Notes: generated from the letters alone by a model not told the origin. 64,000 bases of DNA from an uncultured Spirochaetota bacterium (GCA_963783575.1 CAWAOD010000016.1:64001-128000); one strand, 5' to 3'. Counted from the first letter of the stretch, positions 11,881 to 22,674 are shown. Program-made: numbers and translations.

Positions 11881-12495
11881 ATGAATAAAAATAAACAGAT
11901 TTTATACATAACTATTTTTATCATATTGAATCTTATTTTATGGCCTTTTATAATACTGCCCAACGCGGTCAGGTTTGCGGTTTCAGTAATAAAAAACGTA
12001 AAAAACACAGGCGGGGCAATTGTTATAGAAAACTCTGACACCGCAAGGGAAGTACTTGAAAGAATCGATTTTTACAGGCTTAGAGACCCCTTTATATCAA
12101 GGATAAAAGCGCCTGAAAAAATTATAAACACGCCAAAAAAAATAGAGAAAACCGCCCCGGTAGTTGAAAAAACTAGTGTAACGAATGCTTCAACAGAAGA
12201 AAAATATGAATCCAGGTTTAAACTCAAATCCATTGTTCTTTTGAAAGATAAATACGCCGCCGCCCTTGAAGAAACTCCACATTATGGAAATCAGGCAGAT
12301 AATTCGCCTTATTCTTACAGGTTCGGCGATAATTACGAACAGCCCGTCCAGGGGCCGAAAAGCTATCTTGTCATTGAGGGGGATACTGTTTTAGGAGAAC
12401 AGGTAGTAAAAATCACTGCGGATTCTGTACTGCTTCAAAAGGGTAAGAAGTATTTCAAGCTCACTTTTTCCGGCGGGATTCCGGTAGAACAATAG
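11881..12495 (+). CDS. Hypothetical membrane protein, possibly PilP/GspC-like
   Basis: TM anchor, RDPF motif, C-terminal V.EGD.V....VVKIT.DSV; last gene of the cluster. Confidence 0.45.
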   Translation: MNKNKQILYITIFIILNLILWPFIILPNAVRFAVSVIKNVKNTGGAIVIENSDTAREVLERIDFYRLRDPFISRIKAPEKIINTPKKIEKTAPVVEKTSVTNASTEEKYESRFKLKSIVLLKDKYAAALEETPHYGNQADNSPYSYRFGDNYEQPVQGPKSYLVIEGDTVLGEQVVKITADSVLLQKGKKYFKLTFSGGIPVEQ

Positions 12496-12497
12496 CA

Positions 12498-13295
12498 TCA
12501 TTCCATTTTCTGCATTTCAATATCCTTCCAGCCGCAGACAGGGTTGTGATAGCGCATTCTTCCGGCCGTCTTTTTTCCATATTGTATAGCTTCCTTCGGG
12601 CAGAAATTCAGACAACCCTCGCACAACTGGCATAAAGCGCCCCAGGCCGGTTTTTTATCTATCATTGAGATATTGCTAACCGGGCAGACTTTTTCACAAA
12701 TTCCGCAACCATTGCAATTGCCGTCGGAATAAAATTTTTTCCAACCGTTTGCAAGCCCTATTAAATAAACCTGTGAATGCCTGATGTGCCTTAAAAAACC
12801 CGCGAATTCCCTTTCGTAATACTTTTCCCCCGCGATTATCTTATTGGAAATTTCCTGAATATCCCAATCTGCAGAAGCAAGGAGCTCGTTTTGTTTTGCA
12901 CTGTCAGGGACCGGGAATATAAACGTTATATCGTTACTTGGCATGTTTATATAAAATCCTGCGGATAAAGCAGTTCCTTTCTTCCTGAGAATTTCCCTCA
13001 TATGGGCAATAACCCCTCCTGTGAAATTCGTACCTCGTGTCACGGCTATAAAAATATAATCCTTCCCGGAAAAATCATATTTTTCAATAAAGTCCATTAC
13101 GATTTTTGGGAAACTAAGAAAATAAAGGGGAAAAACAAATCCTATCCTTGGGGCGGAATGGGAATACCCCCCATTTTTTATGGATTTAACAATAGGGATA
13201 AGTTCGCAGTCGGGAATATTTTTGCATATTTTTTCCGCCGCCCTGTATGAATTGCCAGTACCGCTGAAATAATAAATAACCGATTTCATTTTCAT
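12498..13295 (-). CDS. EFR1 family flavodoxin-ferredoxin protein
   Basis: YFSGTGNS; CNGCGICEKVCP and CQLCEGCLNFCP. Confidence 0.9.
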   Translation of the reverse strand: MKMKSVIYYFSGTGNSYRAAEKICKNIPDCELIPIVKSIKNGGYSHSAPRIGFVFPLYFLSFPKIVMDFIEKYDFSGKDYIFIAVTRGTNFTGGVIAHMREILRKKGTALSAGFYINMPSNDITFIFPVPDSAKQNELLASADWDIQEISNKIIAGEKYYEREFAGFLRHIRHSQVYLIGLANGWKKFYSDGNCNGCGICEKVCPVSNISMIDKKPAWGALCQLCEGCLNFCPKEAIQYGKKTAGRMRYHNPVCGWKDIEMQKME

Positions 13296-13919
13296 TTATT
13301 TCTCCTTTGCCGGAAAAAGTGCTTCCAGTCCGGCAAAATGATATGACAGCAAGCGCCTGCAAAGCGCTTTAATCGTATCGACATCATTATTTTCCTTTAA
13401 AACCGAGCAGAAAGAATCTATTAAAGAGCGATAAACTTGAGTTGAAAGGAATTTTTCTTCTTCGGAAATTTTAACTCCGGATTCTTTGTTAATGCTCTCT
13501 ATATATTGACGAAACAAACCGGTAAGAAAAAGCGTCGATTCTTCTTTAATATTCGAATACTTTGTACCTTCGCTTTTTAAAAATACGATATACCAATACT
13601 TTCGGTTTGATGCTATTAATTCAATCAATTCATTTTGAATAACATCCTCAGCCATTTTACGCGGACAAACCGACATGCCGTGACTCTTTTTAAATTTAAA
13701 CTCAATTATTTTTTTCAGATTTTTGATATTTTCATCAGTGATTGAAGAATAGAAAATATCTTCCTTATCCTTAAAATAGCGGTAAAGATTTCCAACTGCA
13801 ATCCCAGCTTTTCCAGCTATATCACTCATGGAGGAATTCTGTAAACCTCTTTCGAAAAAACAGTCGATAGCGGCATCTAAAATCGATTCTCTTACTCCGC
13901 TTTTTAATCTTTGGGCCAT
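13296..13919 (-). CDS. TetR/AcrR family regulator
   Basis: IAGKAGIAVGNLYRYFKDKE HTH; RBS gaggt upstream of ATG at 13919. Confidence 0.9.
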   Translation of the reverse strand: MAQRLKSGVRESILDAAIDCFFERGLQNSSMSDIAGKAGIAVGNLYRYFKDKEDIFYSSITDENIKNLKKIIEFKFKKSHGMSVCPRKMAEDVIQNELIELIASNRKYWYIVFLKSEGTKYSNIKEESTLFLTGLFRQYIESINKESGVKISEEEKFLSTQVYRSLIDSFCSVLKENNDVDTIKALCRRLLSYHFAGLEALFPAKEK

Positions 13920-13982
13920 AATACCTCTATAATGAATAATGAACTCATTATTCATTATAGAGGTATTTTTTATTTTTGTCAA
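13920..13982 (-). promoter_or_regulatory. Consensus sigma70 promoter overlapped by a 48 bp palindrome (probable TetR operator)
   Basis: Minus strand TTGACA(13982-13977)-N17-TATAAT(13959-13954); 23 bp arm perfect inverted repeat 13920-13967. Confidence 0.75.
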
Positions 13983-14103
13983 GAAAAATTATTTTATTAA
14001 AAAATGATTGTCATTATTAAGAAAAACAATAAATTAATTGTTTCTTTATCAATAACTCAAATTCTTCATTCAAAATAACTAACAAAAATTTATGGAGGAT
14101 TTT

Positions 14104-15852
14104 ATGTATCGTGTTAAAACCATTTTTTCACTGTCTATCCTATTGATAGCGGCATCGCTGATCGGCTGCACCAATACGCCGGCATCCATCAGCAATTCAA
14201 GTAGTTCCAGCAGTTCTTCATCTGCTCCTTATGTTGCGCCATCGGTTAATTCCAACCCCTGGTCTTTCGGGGTGATGGGAGATACTCAGTGGCTATTTGC
14301 GGATGACGGTTATAATCCCGGCTCGGTTTCTGTCGGGATTGTCAATTTTATTAACCAGGAATTTATTAGCAAAAACGTCAAGCTTGTGGTTGAGGTCGGT
14401 GATCTGGCCGATAACCTGGCTTCCGATTATCTTCTCAATAATGACAGTACGACAAATCACCTGATGACAAATTACCCTGCTAATGAGGATGTCCGTGCCG
14501 TCTATGCTCAGGCTCTTTATAACGCAGGTATTGCTTTCTACCCTCTTCGCGGCAATCATGATGATTATTCGAATGTAGCCGTAGAATTTACCCGCATTTA
14601 CCCTCAGACTGCGAATGGTGGTAACAACAATACTCCCGCCGATGTCCTGGCCAATACCGGAAATCTGACAGATGCCTCTGTAACACCTGTTGCAAAGACC
14701 GGCGGTACATTCAATGTTGGAAGCAGCTTCAACAGTCCCTTTGCAAATTTAAACGGGCTCAGCTACTCTTTCGATTATAATAATGTCCGATTTGTTTTAA
14801 TTGACCAGTTCACCAGGCTTGACGGAACAGCTCCTGGTGTCATCGATGACCAGTTATCCTGGATCAACACATCTCTTTCCGGAAGACCTGCCGGCACTCA
14901 TGCATTTGTTTTTGCGCATAAAGGAATCGTTACGGAAAATCATCTTGATAACCTGTTCGGCAGCGATCCATCCCAGGATACTACCGGTCAGAATAATTTT
15001 ATATCAAGTCTTTCCAATAACGGTGTACGTTATTTTATAGGCGGCCATGATCATATCCACCAGAGGTCAATTGTTAAAAGTCCGGATTCTCTTTCCCAGG
15101 TCTGGGAATTTACCGAGGCTTCCTGTAGTTCAAAGTTTTATGTTCCTAATAATACAAATTCACGAGAAACATGCGTTAGCCAGGAAACCAACACTATTGG
15201 CTATTATATCTATACTGTGAATGGCCCCCTTTTAAATGTTGATTTTTACTCGGAGAACCCCCAGCCAATTCTAATTAATGGCGAATGGCTGATTACCAAT
15301 ATGAATGGAGTAACATCAGGCTTCACCAAAAAGGAAAGTTACGGCTACAGTCTTAACGGAAAAGAATTCCTTGTTCCGGAAGGCTCCAACTACACTGTTG
15401 TATTGGATACCTTCTCCAATACTACAGCGGCTATTCTCGAAGGTGTTAACGGAAGTATGATGAAAGACGGCCAGGGCCGCAGTTTGACAAAAGCAGTTGA
15501 TACCGGCTGGATTGCTAAAAACGGTACTGCTTACAGCGATATTTTGAAGATATGGGGCATGTCAGATATCGGTACAACACAATCCGACAAATACGTTCTT
15601 TCTCTCAGTTACAGTGCTGCCGGTTTGACCGCGAGCCAGTTGACAAATGGACGCTTCGGGATCGCTTCTTTAAATGGTAGTACCTGGTCCAACGCAGTAG
15701 ACTTAAACCATACCTCAGGAACAAAGACTTTTGTTAATGGCGCATATTCTTCTGCTTATAACAATATAGGTACATACGGTATAAATACAAATAACAGCAC
15801 AGTTTGGGCAGTAATTGATTATAATGGGTATTTTGTTGTGACAATATATTGA
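14104..15852 (+). CDS. Calcineurin-like metallophosphoesterase lipoprotein
   Basis: Lipobox LIGC, Ser-rich linker, GDTQ, GDL, RGNHD, GHDH motifs. Confidence 0.85.
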   Translation: MYRVKTIFSLSILLIAASLIGCTNTPASISNSSSSSSSSSAPYVAPSVNSNPWSFGVMGDTQWLFADDGYNPGSVSVGIVNFINQEFISKNVKLVVEVGDLADNLASDYLLNNDSTTNHLMTNYPANEDVRAVYAQALYNAGIAFYPLRGNHDDYSNVAVEFTRIYPQTANGGNNNTPADVLANTGNLTDASVTPVAKTGGTFNVGSSFNSPFANLNGLSYSFDYNNVRFVLIDQFTRLDGTAPGVIDDQLSWINTSLSGRPAGTHAFVFAHKGIVTENHLDNLFGSDPSQDTTGQNNFISSLSNNGVRYFIGGHDHIHQRSIVKSPDSLSQVWEFTEASCSSKFYVPNNTNSRETCVSQETNTIGYYIYTVNGPLLNVDFYSENPQPILINGEWLITNMNGVTSGFTKKESYGYSLNGKEFLVPEGSNYTVVLDTFSNTTAAILEGVNGSMMKDGQGRSLTKAVDTGWIAKNGTAYSDILKIWGMSDIGTTQSDKYVLSLSYSAAGLTASQLTNGRFGIASLNGSTWSNAVDLNHTSGTKTFVNGAYSSAYNNIGTYGINTNNSTVWAVIDYNGYFVVTIY

Positions 15853-15896
15853 TCAAAAAATTCTTGCAATCAATAAACAAGCTTACACAAAATATT

Positions 15897-15923
15897 GGGG
15901 TGTCTTTTGACACCCCTTTTTTT
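15897..15923 (+). terminator. Rho-independent terminator
   Basis: ggggtgtc-tttt-gacacccc followed by a T run. Confidence 0.85.
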
Positions 15924-16148
15924 ATTATTGATTCATTTGTTAAATTTTGTTAATAAACAATAAGTCTGAAAATAGAAAGTAAAAGTATAAAACATATGAT
16001 TTTACTAAGTTTGATTTACTTGTAGGAAGGAACAACAGCGGAAAAACTTTATTTTGCAAGCACTTGCAATTTGGCAGTACTGTGTCGTATGAAAAGCCTG
16101 AAATGTGATGAGAATGATTTGTTTATAAAACCAATAAAAACTACCTTC

Positions 16149-18629
16149 TTAAACACTTAGCAATTCCAGCTTCTCTTTAATCCCGTATGATGAATTGCCG
16201 CTTATTTCCCCAGGTTCGGTATCATTCTTAAATTCGGGCTCCATTGTAACCTCATTGATATAATTGTTTTTATATGCTTTATCTTCAAAGATTCCGCTTA
16301 AAACCTCATTCCAGCTGTGTTTTTCAATCACTCTTCTCCTTGTTTCATTCCTCATAAGGGTATATTCAGAATGCCTGTGATGAATCATATCAATAATCTG
16401 TATAATTTTTTCTTCCCATTCCTTAGCGCTTGAGGTATTTAAAGCCCATCCCGTTTTACCGTTTTCTATGATTTCCTTTGGCCCGCCGGTATCTGAGACT
16501 ATAGCAGGAAGCCCGCAGGATTGCGCCTCCAAAACAACCATACCGAAAGTGTCTGTTGTGCTTGGGAAAACAAGAATATCGGAGAAGGAATAAATTTCAG
16601 GCAGCAAATTATTTGCAATGGCGCCGGTAAAAAGGACCCTTTCATTATCCTTAAACCGTTTTTTCATTACCGGAAGATATGGTCCGTCACCCACAATAAT
16701 TAAGTTTACTTTCTTTATTTTCTTTGAAAGATTCTCATAGACATTGGACAAAAAGGCCAGATTTTTATCCTTTGATACTCTGCCGGCAAACAGAAGATTG
16801 ATCCCGGTTTTTATTCCCATTTGTTCCTTTAACAGGCCGTTCCGGGGCGAAAATGCTCCGGTGTCTATTCCTCTACCGAAATGAGTCATTCTGGAAGGAT
16901 CAAAACCTCTTTTTATTAGCAAATGTATGTATTCCTCCGTTGGAACCCGGATTTCATCCATCACAGAGTAAAACCATTTTGTATAAGCCTCGATCATACT
17001 TGCTATACCTTCCTCCTGTGTTATCTCTGCAACTTCTTTTGTGAAATCGGTATGATAAACACCCGAGCACTTGATTTTCAATAATTTTCCGATCAAAAGA
17101 CCCAATAATCCAACAGGACCTGGCGTTGATATGATAATTTCATCCGGGTCAAATTCATAAAGATTTTTTAAAGCGGTAAGAATAGATGGAATTTTAAGCC
17201 TGATCTTTTCATAATAAGGCAGCTTGAAGCTGTAGCTCGCAGGTAAATTTATTACTATTGGCGGAATATCTTTATTCTGCTCATCCGGCAGAAGGGAAGT
17301 TACAATCTTCATTTCTCTGTTCTGTTCACTGCAGAGCCAGCCTATCTTTTTAAGCGTTATGGAAACACCGTTTAAATCGTTCAATGTATCGGTAAACCAG
17401 AGTATTCTTTTGCTCTCATGCCTTCTTTTTTTACAGAGCGATGTGCTTAAGCTTTGAAGAAGATGTTTGTTGCTGTGCATATGCTGGAATGTGCTGAGGA
17501 AAGGTATTGACAGGAAAATACCGGGCAGCGAAAGGGAAATATTTTTAATCAGCTTGACGATATTTCCTTCCTTTAAATTTTCCTCCAATGAAAAAGTCAG
17601 AATCCTTAAAAATTCATCCGCTATTTCACTCACTTTATCATATACCAGTTCAAGTTTCTTTTCAACGTTGTCTTCTTCCTGCCTCTGCACTTCCTCGACA
17701 AGTTCCACAAGCATCTTTTTAATTCTGGACTCTTTCTGAGACTTAATCCGGTTAATCTTGATCTTATCCAGAAAACTCAAGCGGTTTTCTTCAAAAACAA
17801 AATTAGTTATCTGGCTGATGAATGACTTTGTCACACCGGTACTCTTTGTTTTGGAAAAATCATAAGCGATTTTATAAATTGTAAATGCAAGAGATTGAAA
17901 ATTATTATGCCTTCCTTCCGCAATGCTTTTTTTATACCTGATGGAATCCAAAAATTCTTCAGGAGTCCTGGCAAAAGCCAGGGTGTATGTTTTACCGATA
18001 AATATTCCGGCATGATCGTCCGAACCCCCGGTAAAGCTTTTGATCCATGGAGTGTCACTGATAGGGTCGATACCGTGCTTTAATTTAAGCCTGCCGATAT
18101 CTTCGGGAGTAAGTTCCTTTAATATCTTCATCCAGCCGTTATTATGGATTTTATCCCTTGCTCCGTTCAGACCCTCAAAAACGTCAAACAGAAGAATGAG
18201 TTTCTCCAGATGTTCCCCGCTAATCTTATTATTGACCGAATAAGTAGCATGAGCTATGGAATATGCCAAATCGTTATCCCTTAAATAATCTCTCAATTCA
18301 TAAATATTAATCCTTAACTTTTCAATCTCTATAAAATTCGTTTCTGTAATACCGTAAATCAAAATATGCACTTTACAGCCGTCTTCAGGGAAATATGCGG
18401 TTGCTTCAACTCCTGTAAAAACCTTATCAGGATATTTTTCTTTTAAGTACATAGCCCCCCGGATATTATTATGGTCTGTAATGACCACAAAATCCATTCC
18501 TCTTTTAACCGCGGTCTGGTATATAAAATCCGGTTCAGTATAGGATTCCGCAGTTCCAATCCTCTGCAGGAACCACTCCGACGGATGATCGGAAAATTTG
18601 GAATGGACATGTGCATCTGCTTTCATCAT
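16149..18629 (-). CDS. PHP domain - GT4 glycosyltransferase fusion
   Basis: DAHVHS, ITDHN, GGSDDH (PHP); FAGRVSKDKN, DTFGMVVLEA (GT-B/GT4). Confidence 0.9.
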   Translation of the reverse strand: MMKADAHVHSKFSDHPSEWFLQRIGTAESYTEPDFIYQTAVKRGMDFVVITDHNNIRGAMYLKEKYPDKVFTGVEATAYFPEDGCKVHILIYGITETNFIEIEKLRINIYELRDYLRDNDLAYSIAHATYSVNNKISGEHLEKLILLFDVFEGLNGARDKIHNNGWMKILKELTPEDIGRLKLKHGIDPISDTPWIKSFTGGSDDHAGIFIGKTYTLAFARTPEEFLDSIRYKKSIAEGRHNNFQSLAFTIYKIAYDFSKTKSTGVTKSFISQITNFVFEENRLSFLDKIKINRIKSQKESRIKKMLVELVEEVQRQEEDNVEKKLELVYDKVSEIADEFLRILTFSLEENLKEGNIVKLIKNISLSLPGIFLSIPFLSTFQHMHSNKHLLQSLSTSLCKKRRHESKRILWFTDTLNDLNGVSITLKKIGWLCSEQNREMKIVTSLLPDEQNKDIPPIVINLPASYSFKLPYYEKIRLKIPSILTALKNLYEFDPDEIIISTPGPVGLLGLLIGKLLKIKCSGVYHTDFTKEVAEITQEEGIASMIEAYTKWFYSVMDEIRVPTEEYIHLLIKRGFDPSRMTHFGRGIDTGAFSPRNGLLKEQMGIKTGINLLFAGRVSKDKNLAFLSNVYENLSKKIKKVNLIIVGDGPYLPVMKKRFKDNERVLFTGAIANNLLPEIYSFSDILVFPSTTDTFGMVVLEAQSCGLPAIVSDTGGPKEIIENGKTGWALNTSSAKEWEEKIIQIIDMIHHRHSEYTLMRNETRRRVIEKHSWNEVLSGIFEDKAYKNNYINEVTMEPEFKNDTEPGEISGNSSYGIKEKLELLSV

Positions 18630-18825
18630 ATTTTACTCCTTTGCTTATAACCATAAACAATTATAATTAAAATAGGATAAGATATTATTATTAAGCGTCA
18701 ATGTGTTTTGTATTAATTTTTAATTGGGCATAATTTTGCTTAGAGACTTAGATGATCAAGAAATGGCTATGTATCAAAAATGTGCATATCCTGTGCGATG
18801 TGTGCTTTGTATAGTTGTATTATCC

Positions 18826-20532
18826 TTATTTGAATATTGATGAAAGCGGCATAGCGCTCTTTCCTATGAAAAGAGGGAAATTTCTCTTGAAGACACGGTA
18901 AGTGAGAAGGAATAACACGGATGTGACGGAGTTAAATAAAAACCTGTCTAAAAAGCGGTATTCCTTTCTTTTACGGACAAAGAGGCTGATTAAAAGTTCG
19001 GTAAAGAGAGATTTTTTTTGTTTTGTCACATTTATATAGAATTTATAGCATTTCGGATACTGATTCCTGTATTTTTCCAGCAGATGATCGATATATAAGC
19101 AGTCTTCTCTTTTATGATCTGAATATATAAGCTTCCTGCAGTAAGCTATAATCTTTAAGGTATCATAATGAAAATCAAAGTCGTAAGGGAAATTGTGTTT
19201 TTTGCTGATTTCACCCATTCGTTTTATTCTTGAAAGCATTCTGAAACCGGTCCTCACCGATTCCTCCGTATCATCCGAAAAAGCGTTGTAAAACCGGATA
19301 ATACCATCCGTAACTGAAACGCTGTCCCATATAATATGGATTAGAGGAGGAATTCTAACCCTGTTGAAATAAAGCTCTTTTTTTGAAAATTCCGGTTCAT
19401 AAAGAAGGTTTTTTATTACTTCATCGGATAGTTTCAGGAATTTTACCAGCGCTTTCCAATTCATCTTCCCTGAGTATTTCCGGACGGCTTCTTCCACGGA
19501 TAGATTTTCCCTGAATAGCTTTATCGTTACAAATGTATTCAGCTCGTTCCAGAAAGATGTTTTCTTTAAAAATGTAAAGTTCCTGAATTGCGACCATCCG
19601 CCTGTCTGGCACCAGACATAAATTCCTTTTATAGATGGGTTGTCCTTTAATTGATCCCGGAATTCCTGATAATCCCAGCCGGTAAAAGACGGATATTTGC
19701 CGAACCCCTCATACTCTCTTCTTGTTTGAAGTTCAATAATTTTTTTTATACCGCTCATAAAAAACAACAAGTTTAATTTTAGATACCTGAAAAAATCCCC
19801 TTCACCGAATTTCATAGACAGGATGAAATAATCGCTTGAAATATTTTTAAAAGCCTTTTTAAAAGTTCTTTCATTCCAAATAAGATCACCGATAGGGTAG
19901 GCGCCGATAGTCCAGGTCCTGAAAATCATCAGTTTCTCATTTTTTTCAAAAACAGGAAGGAGTAGACGGATAAATAAATTAAGCTGTTCCGGAGTTTTTA
20001 CCACCAGTCTGCTTATAAAATCCCCTTTCACATCAACCCCGTCAGATTCTCCCATCCGGAATATCACACCATCAACCTCAGGAAATTCCTTAAAAAGCTT
20101 TTCCACGGCTTCAATTAAAAAACTTATCATTCCGGAGAATTTATTCCCGGTTTTTTTTTCGATCCAGGAATTAAAAAAAAGAATATCGGTTGTAACAAAT
20201 AATTTCAGATTATATTGTTTTATGTAGAGAAAAAGCCTGGAAAACCCGGACTGATATTTGGCAATTTTATTTTTAAGTATTTCAGGGTAAAAATCAAAAC
20301 TTACCATACGGCTGAGCTCATCGATGGAAACGGAATTATAGCCGATCTTCTGCACTTTGTTCAGATATTTTTCATAGTCGGTATGGATTTTCCTATGTGT
20401 TTTTTTGTGGTAATCGCCCTTTCTTTCCAGATTATGATAGGGAATTTTTGACCAGTTGATTAATTCACCGGAATGCCTGATGAAAAATGGGGGGGAAGAG
20501 TCGATAATAAATAATTTTTCCTGTTCATTCAA
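18826..20532 (-). CDS. Hypothetical protein, possible glycoside-hydrolase-like TIM barrel
   Basis: 568 aa ORF; DGVIFRMGESDG, FRTWT, ELQTRREYEG; family uncertain. Confidence 0.45.
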   Translation of the reverse strand: MNEQEKLFIIDSSPPFFIRHSGELINWSKIPYHNLERKGDYHKKTHRKIHTDYEKYLNKVQKIGYNSVSIDELSRMVSFDFYPEILKNKIAKYQSGFSRLFLYIKQYNLKLFVTTDILFFNSWIEKKTGNKFSGMISFLIEAVEKLFKEFPEVDGVIFRMGESDGVDVKGDFISRLVVKTPEQLNLFIRLLLPVFEKNEKLMIFRTWTIGAYPIGDLIWNERTFKKAFKNISSDYFILSMKFGEGDFFRYLKLNLLFFMSGIKKIIELQTRREYEGFGKYPSFTGWDYQEFRDQLKDNPSIKGIYVWCQTGGWSQFRNFTFLKKTSFWNELNTFVTIKLFRENLSVEEAVRKYSGKMNWKALVKFLKLSDEVIKNLLYEPEFSKKELYFNRVRIPPLIHIIWDSVSVTDGIIRFYNAFSDDTEESVRTGFRMLSRIKRMGEISKKHNFPYDFDFHYDTLKIIAYCRKLIYSDHKREDCLYIDHLLEKYRNQYPKCYKFYINVTKQKKSLFTELLISLFVRKRKEYRFLDRFLFNSVTSVLFLLTYRVFKRNFPLFIGKSAMPLSSIFK

Positions 20533-20544
20533 TATAATTTCCTG

Positions 20545-21288
20545 TTAAATAATTTTCTTTTTTATTTCTTCCCATAAGGCATAATATGACTCGGCTGCCT
20601 TTGAACCAGGGCGTGATAAAGGCACCGGGGTCCTTGTAATTCCCATTTTTTCTATATCCGATAAATAGGGGATATAATTTTTGCATATTCCGGAAATAGA
20701 TTTATTTAAATTTCCAAGTATATCGCGATGGATTTTTTTTCTCTGCTCAACCATTGAAAAGAAAGGTATAATCTGCTTTAAATCCATTTGATTTTCTTGA
20801 AAAAAGTTAATTGTCAGCTGGTATGTCCTCAGAGAAAGAGGCGTAGGGACAGTCGGCAGAAGGATAATATCGGCAGCCTGAAATACGTTTTCAGACAAAA
20901 GGGATATTCCCGGGGGACAGTCCAGGAATATCCTTTTAAATTCACCTTTTAACGATTTCAGTATTTCCGAAAGCCTTTTTTTAGATTTTTTTACATCATC
21001 AAGAATTACATCCATATTTCTAAATGAAAAATCCGAAGGAATAAGATAAAGATTTTTGTACTCGGTTTCCCTTACAAGATCAATCAGCTCAGCTTTACCT
21101 GAAAGGATCTTTCTGGTACTGGTATCAACACCCTGCTTAATATTAAAATAAAATGTCGATGAACCCTGGGGGTCTAAATCCCAAAGCATGGTTTTTACGC
21201 CTTCGTTCGCCGATAAGAAAGAAAAATTAACCGCTGTGGATGTTTTCCCGACGCCGCCTTTGATATTGTAAATACCGATTATTTTCAT
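20545..21288 (-). CDS. ParA/Soj family ATPase
   Basis: KGGVGKT, DLDPQG, LDCPP. Confidence 0.9.
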   Translation of the reverse strand: MKIIGIYNIKGGVGKTSTAVNFSFLSANEGVKTMLWDLDPQGSSTFYFNIKQGVDTSTRKILSGKAELIDLVRETEYKNLYLIPSDFSFRNMDVILDDVKKSKKRLSEILKSLKGEFKRIFLDCPPGISLLSENVFQAADIILLPTVPTPLSLRTYQLTINFFQENQMDLKQIIPFFSMVEQRKKIHRDILGNLNKSISGICKNYIPYLSDIEKMGITRTPVPLSRPGSKAAESYYALWEEIKKKII

Positions 21289-21315
21289 TTAAAAATCCTG
21301 TAAAAAAGTAACAAC

Positions 21316-21627
21316 TTATTTATTTCCAAATCCCATTTCCTTTATAACCTTTTTAGAAATATCTTTTCTAAACATTTTTCTTATGGTTTTTAGAATTCTT
21401 CCAATATTTTTTACTTTTCCCGAAATCTCTTCTTTTTTCTTTTTTAATTGGCTTGTTATTTTTTCCGTTTCTTCTTTTTCAGCCTTAACTTCCTTAACCA
21501 GCGCATCAAGTTCCTGGATAATATCGGGATTTAAGCCCAGGTCCTTAGGGTTAAAGTCTTTAGCTTTTGTTTTTTCAAGCATTATCTGGGCAAGTTCCAA
21601 TTTTCCGGGGTTTGATTTTTTAGCCAT
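21316..21627 (-). CDS. Small basic coiled-coil hypothetical protein
   Basis: 103 aa ORF with strong RBS aggaggt. Confidence 0.7.
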   Translation of the reverse strand: MAKKSNPGKLELAQIMLEKTKAKDFNPKDLGLNPDIIQELDALVKEVKAEKEETEKITSQLKKKKEEISGKVKNIGRILKTIRKMFRKDISKKVIKEMGFGNK

Positions 21628-21812
21628 AATAAAACCTCCTGATAATTTTATTGTTTAGATCAAACCATAAAACTCCATTTTAGTTTAGATTATAAAATGG
21701 AATTGTTAATTTTTGATTAATTTTTAACTTATATTGAAAATAATTAAGTATTGAAAAAAAGAAAAGTATTTTAATGATGATTTGTTATTTATTTTCCGGA
21801 ATGCCCTGGAAT

Positions 21813-22673
21813 CTAAATGAATTTATCCAGCCTGGATTTTAAATCCTTTGTTATTTCAAGGATAGGCAGCCTTGTTTCAAGGGAGTGTATGAGGCTCATC
21901 TTTTTAAGGCAATATTTTATGGGAGCGGGGTTAGGCTCTACAAATAAAATCGGGATCAAACCGGCCAGGTTTTTCCAGCTTTTAAGCGCGGCCTGATGAT
22001 CGTTTGCTTTCATTGAATTATAGATGGATACATATTCCAGGGTTTTAAGATGAGCCGCGGCCAGAATGCCACCGTTTCCGCCAAGGGATAGAGTGAGATA
22101 GAATAGTATATCCTCGCCTGTCATTATGGAAAAATCCTTGGGCGGATTTAGTAAAAGTTCCATTGACTGTTTAATGTCGCCGCATGAATCCTTCAGGCCA
22201 ACTATATTTTTCAAACCGGCAAGTTTATATAAAGTGCTGTTCTCAATATTTCTTCCGGTCCTATAGGGAATATTATAAATAATGATATTTAAGCCGGTGG
22301 ATTCGGAAATTTTGAGAAAATGCTCATAAATTCCCCTCTGGTCCGGACGGTTATAATACGGCGAGACCGATAAGATTCCATCGACTTTGTATTTTTCTAT
22401 AATTTTGACCAGGTTTACCACTTTAGCGGTGTAATTGCCGCCGGCTCCGATGTAAACCGGTATTCTTCCCCTAACGGTTTCCACTGTAATATCAATGATT
22501 TTTTCCAGCTCTTTTTCTAAAATTGCCGGGCTTTCGCCGGTGGTCCCGGCAGGGACGATCCCGGAAATTCCTTTGCCTATATAAAACTCGATCATTTTCC
22601 GGTAAGAATCCATATCCAGCTCATCATTAAGAAAAGGTGTTATTATCGGGAGCCAGACACCTTCTATTTTCAT
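21813..22673 (-). CDS. dapA: 4-hydroxy-tetrahydrodipicolinate synthase
   Basis: GTTGES, YNIPYRTG, GLKDS, PNPAPIK. Confidence 0.92.
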   Translation of the reverse strand: MKIEGVWLPIITPFLNDELDMDSYRKMIEFYIGKGISGIVPAGTTGESPAILEKELEKIIDITVETVRGRIPVYIGAGGNYTAKVVNLVKIIEKYKVDGILSVSPYYNRPDQRGIYEHFLKISESTGLNIIIYNIPYRTGRNIENSTLYKLAGLKNIVGLKDSCGDIKQSMELLLNPPKDFSIMTGEDILFYLTLSLGGNGGILAAAHLKTLEYVSIYNSMKANDHQAALKSWKNLAGLIPILFVEPNPAPIKYCLKKMSLIHSLETRLPILEITKDLKSRLDKFI

Positions 22674-22674
22674 T

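Noticed and set aside
18725..18741. Sigma-54 -24/-12 promoter (tgggcataattttgc)
   Set aside because: Imperfect match and on the strand opposite the flanking genes
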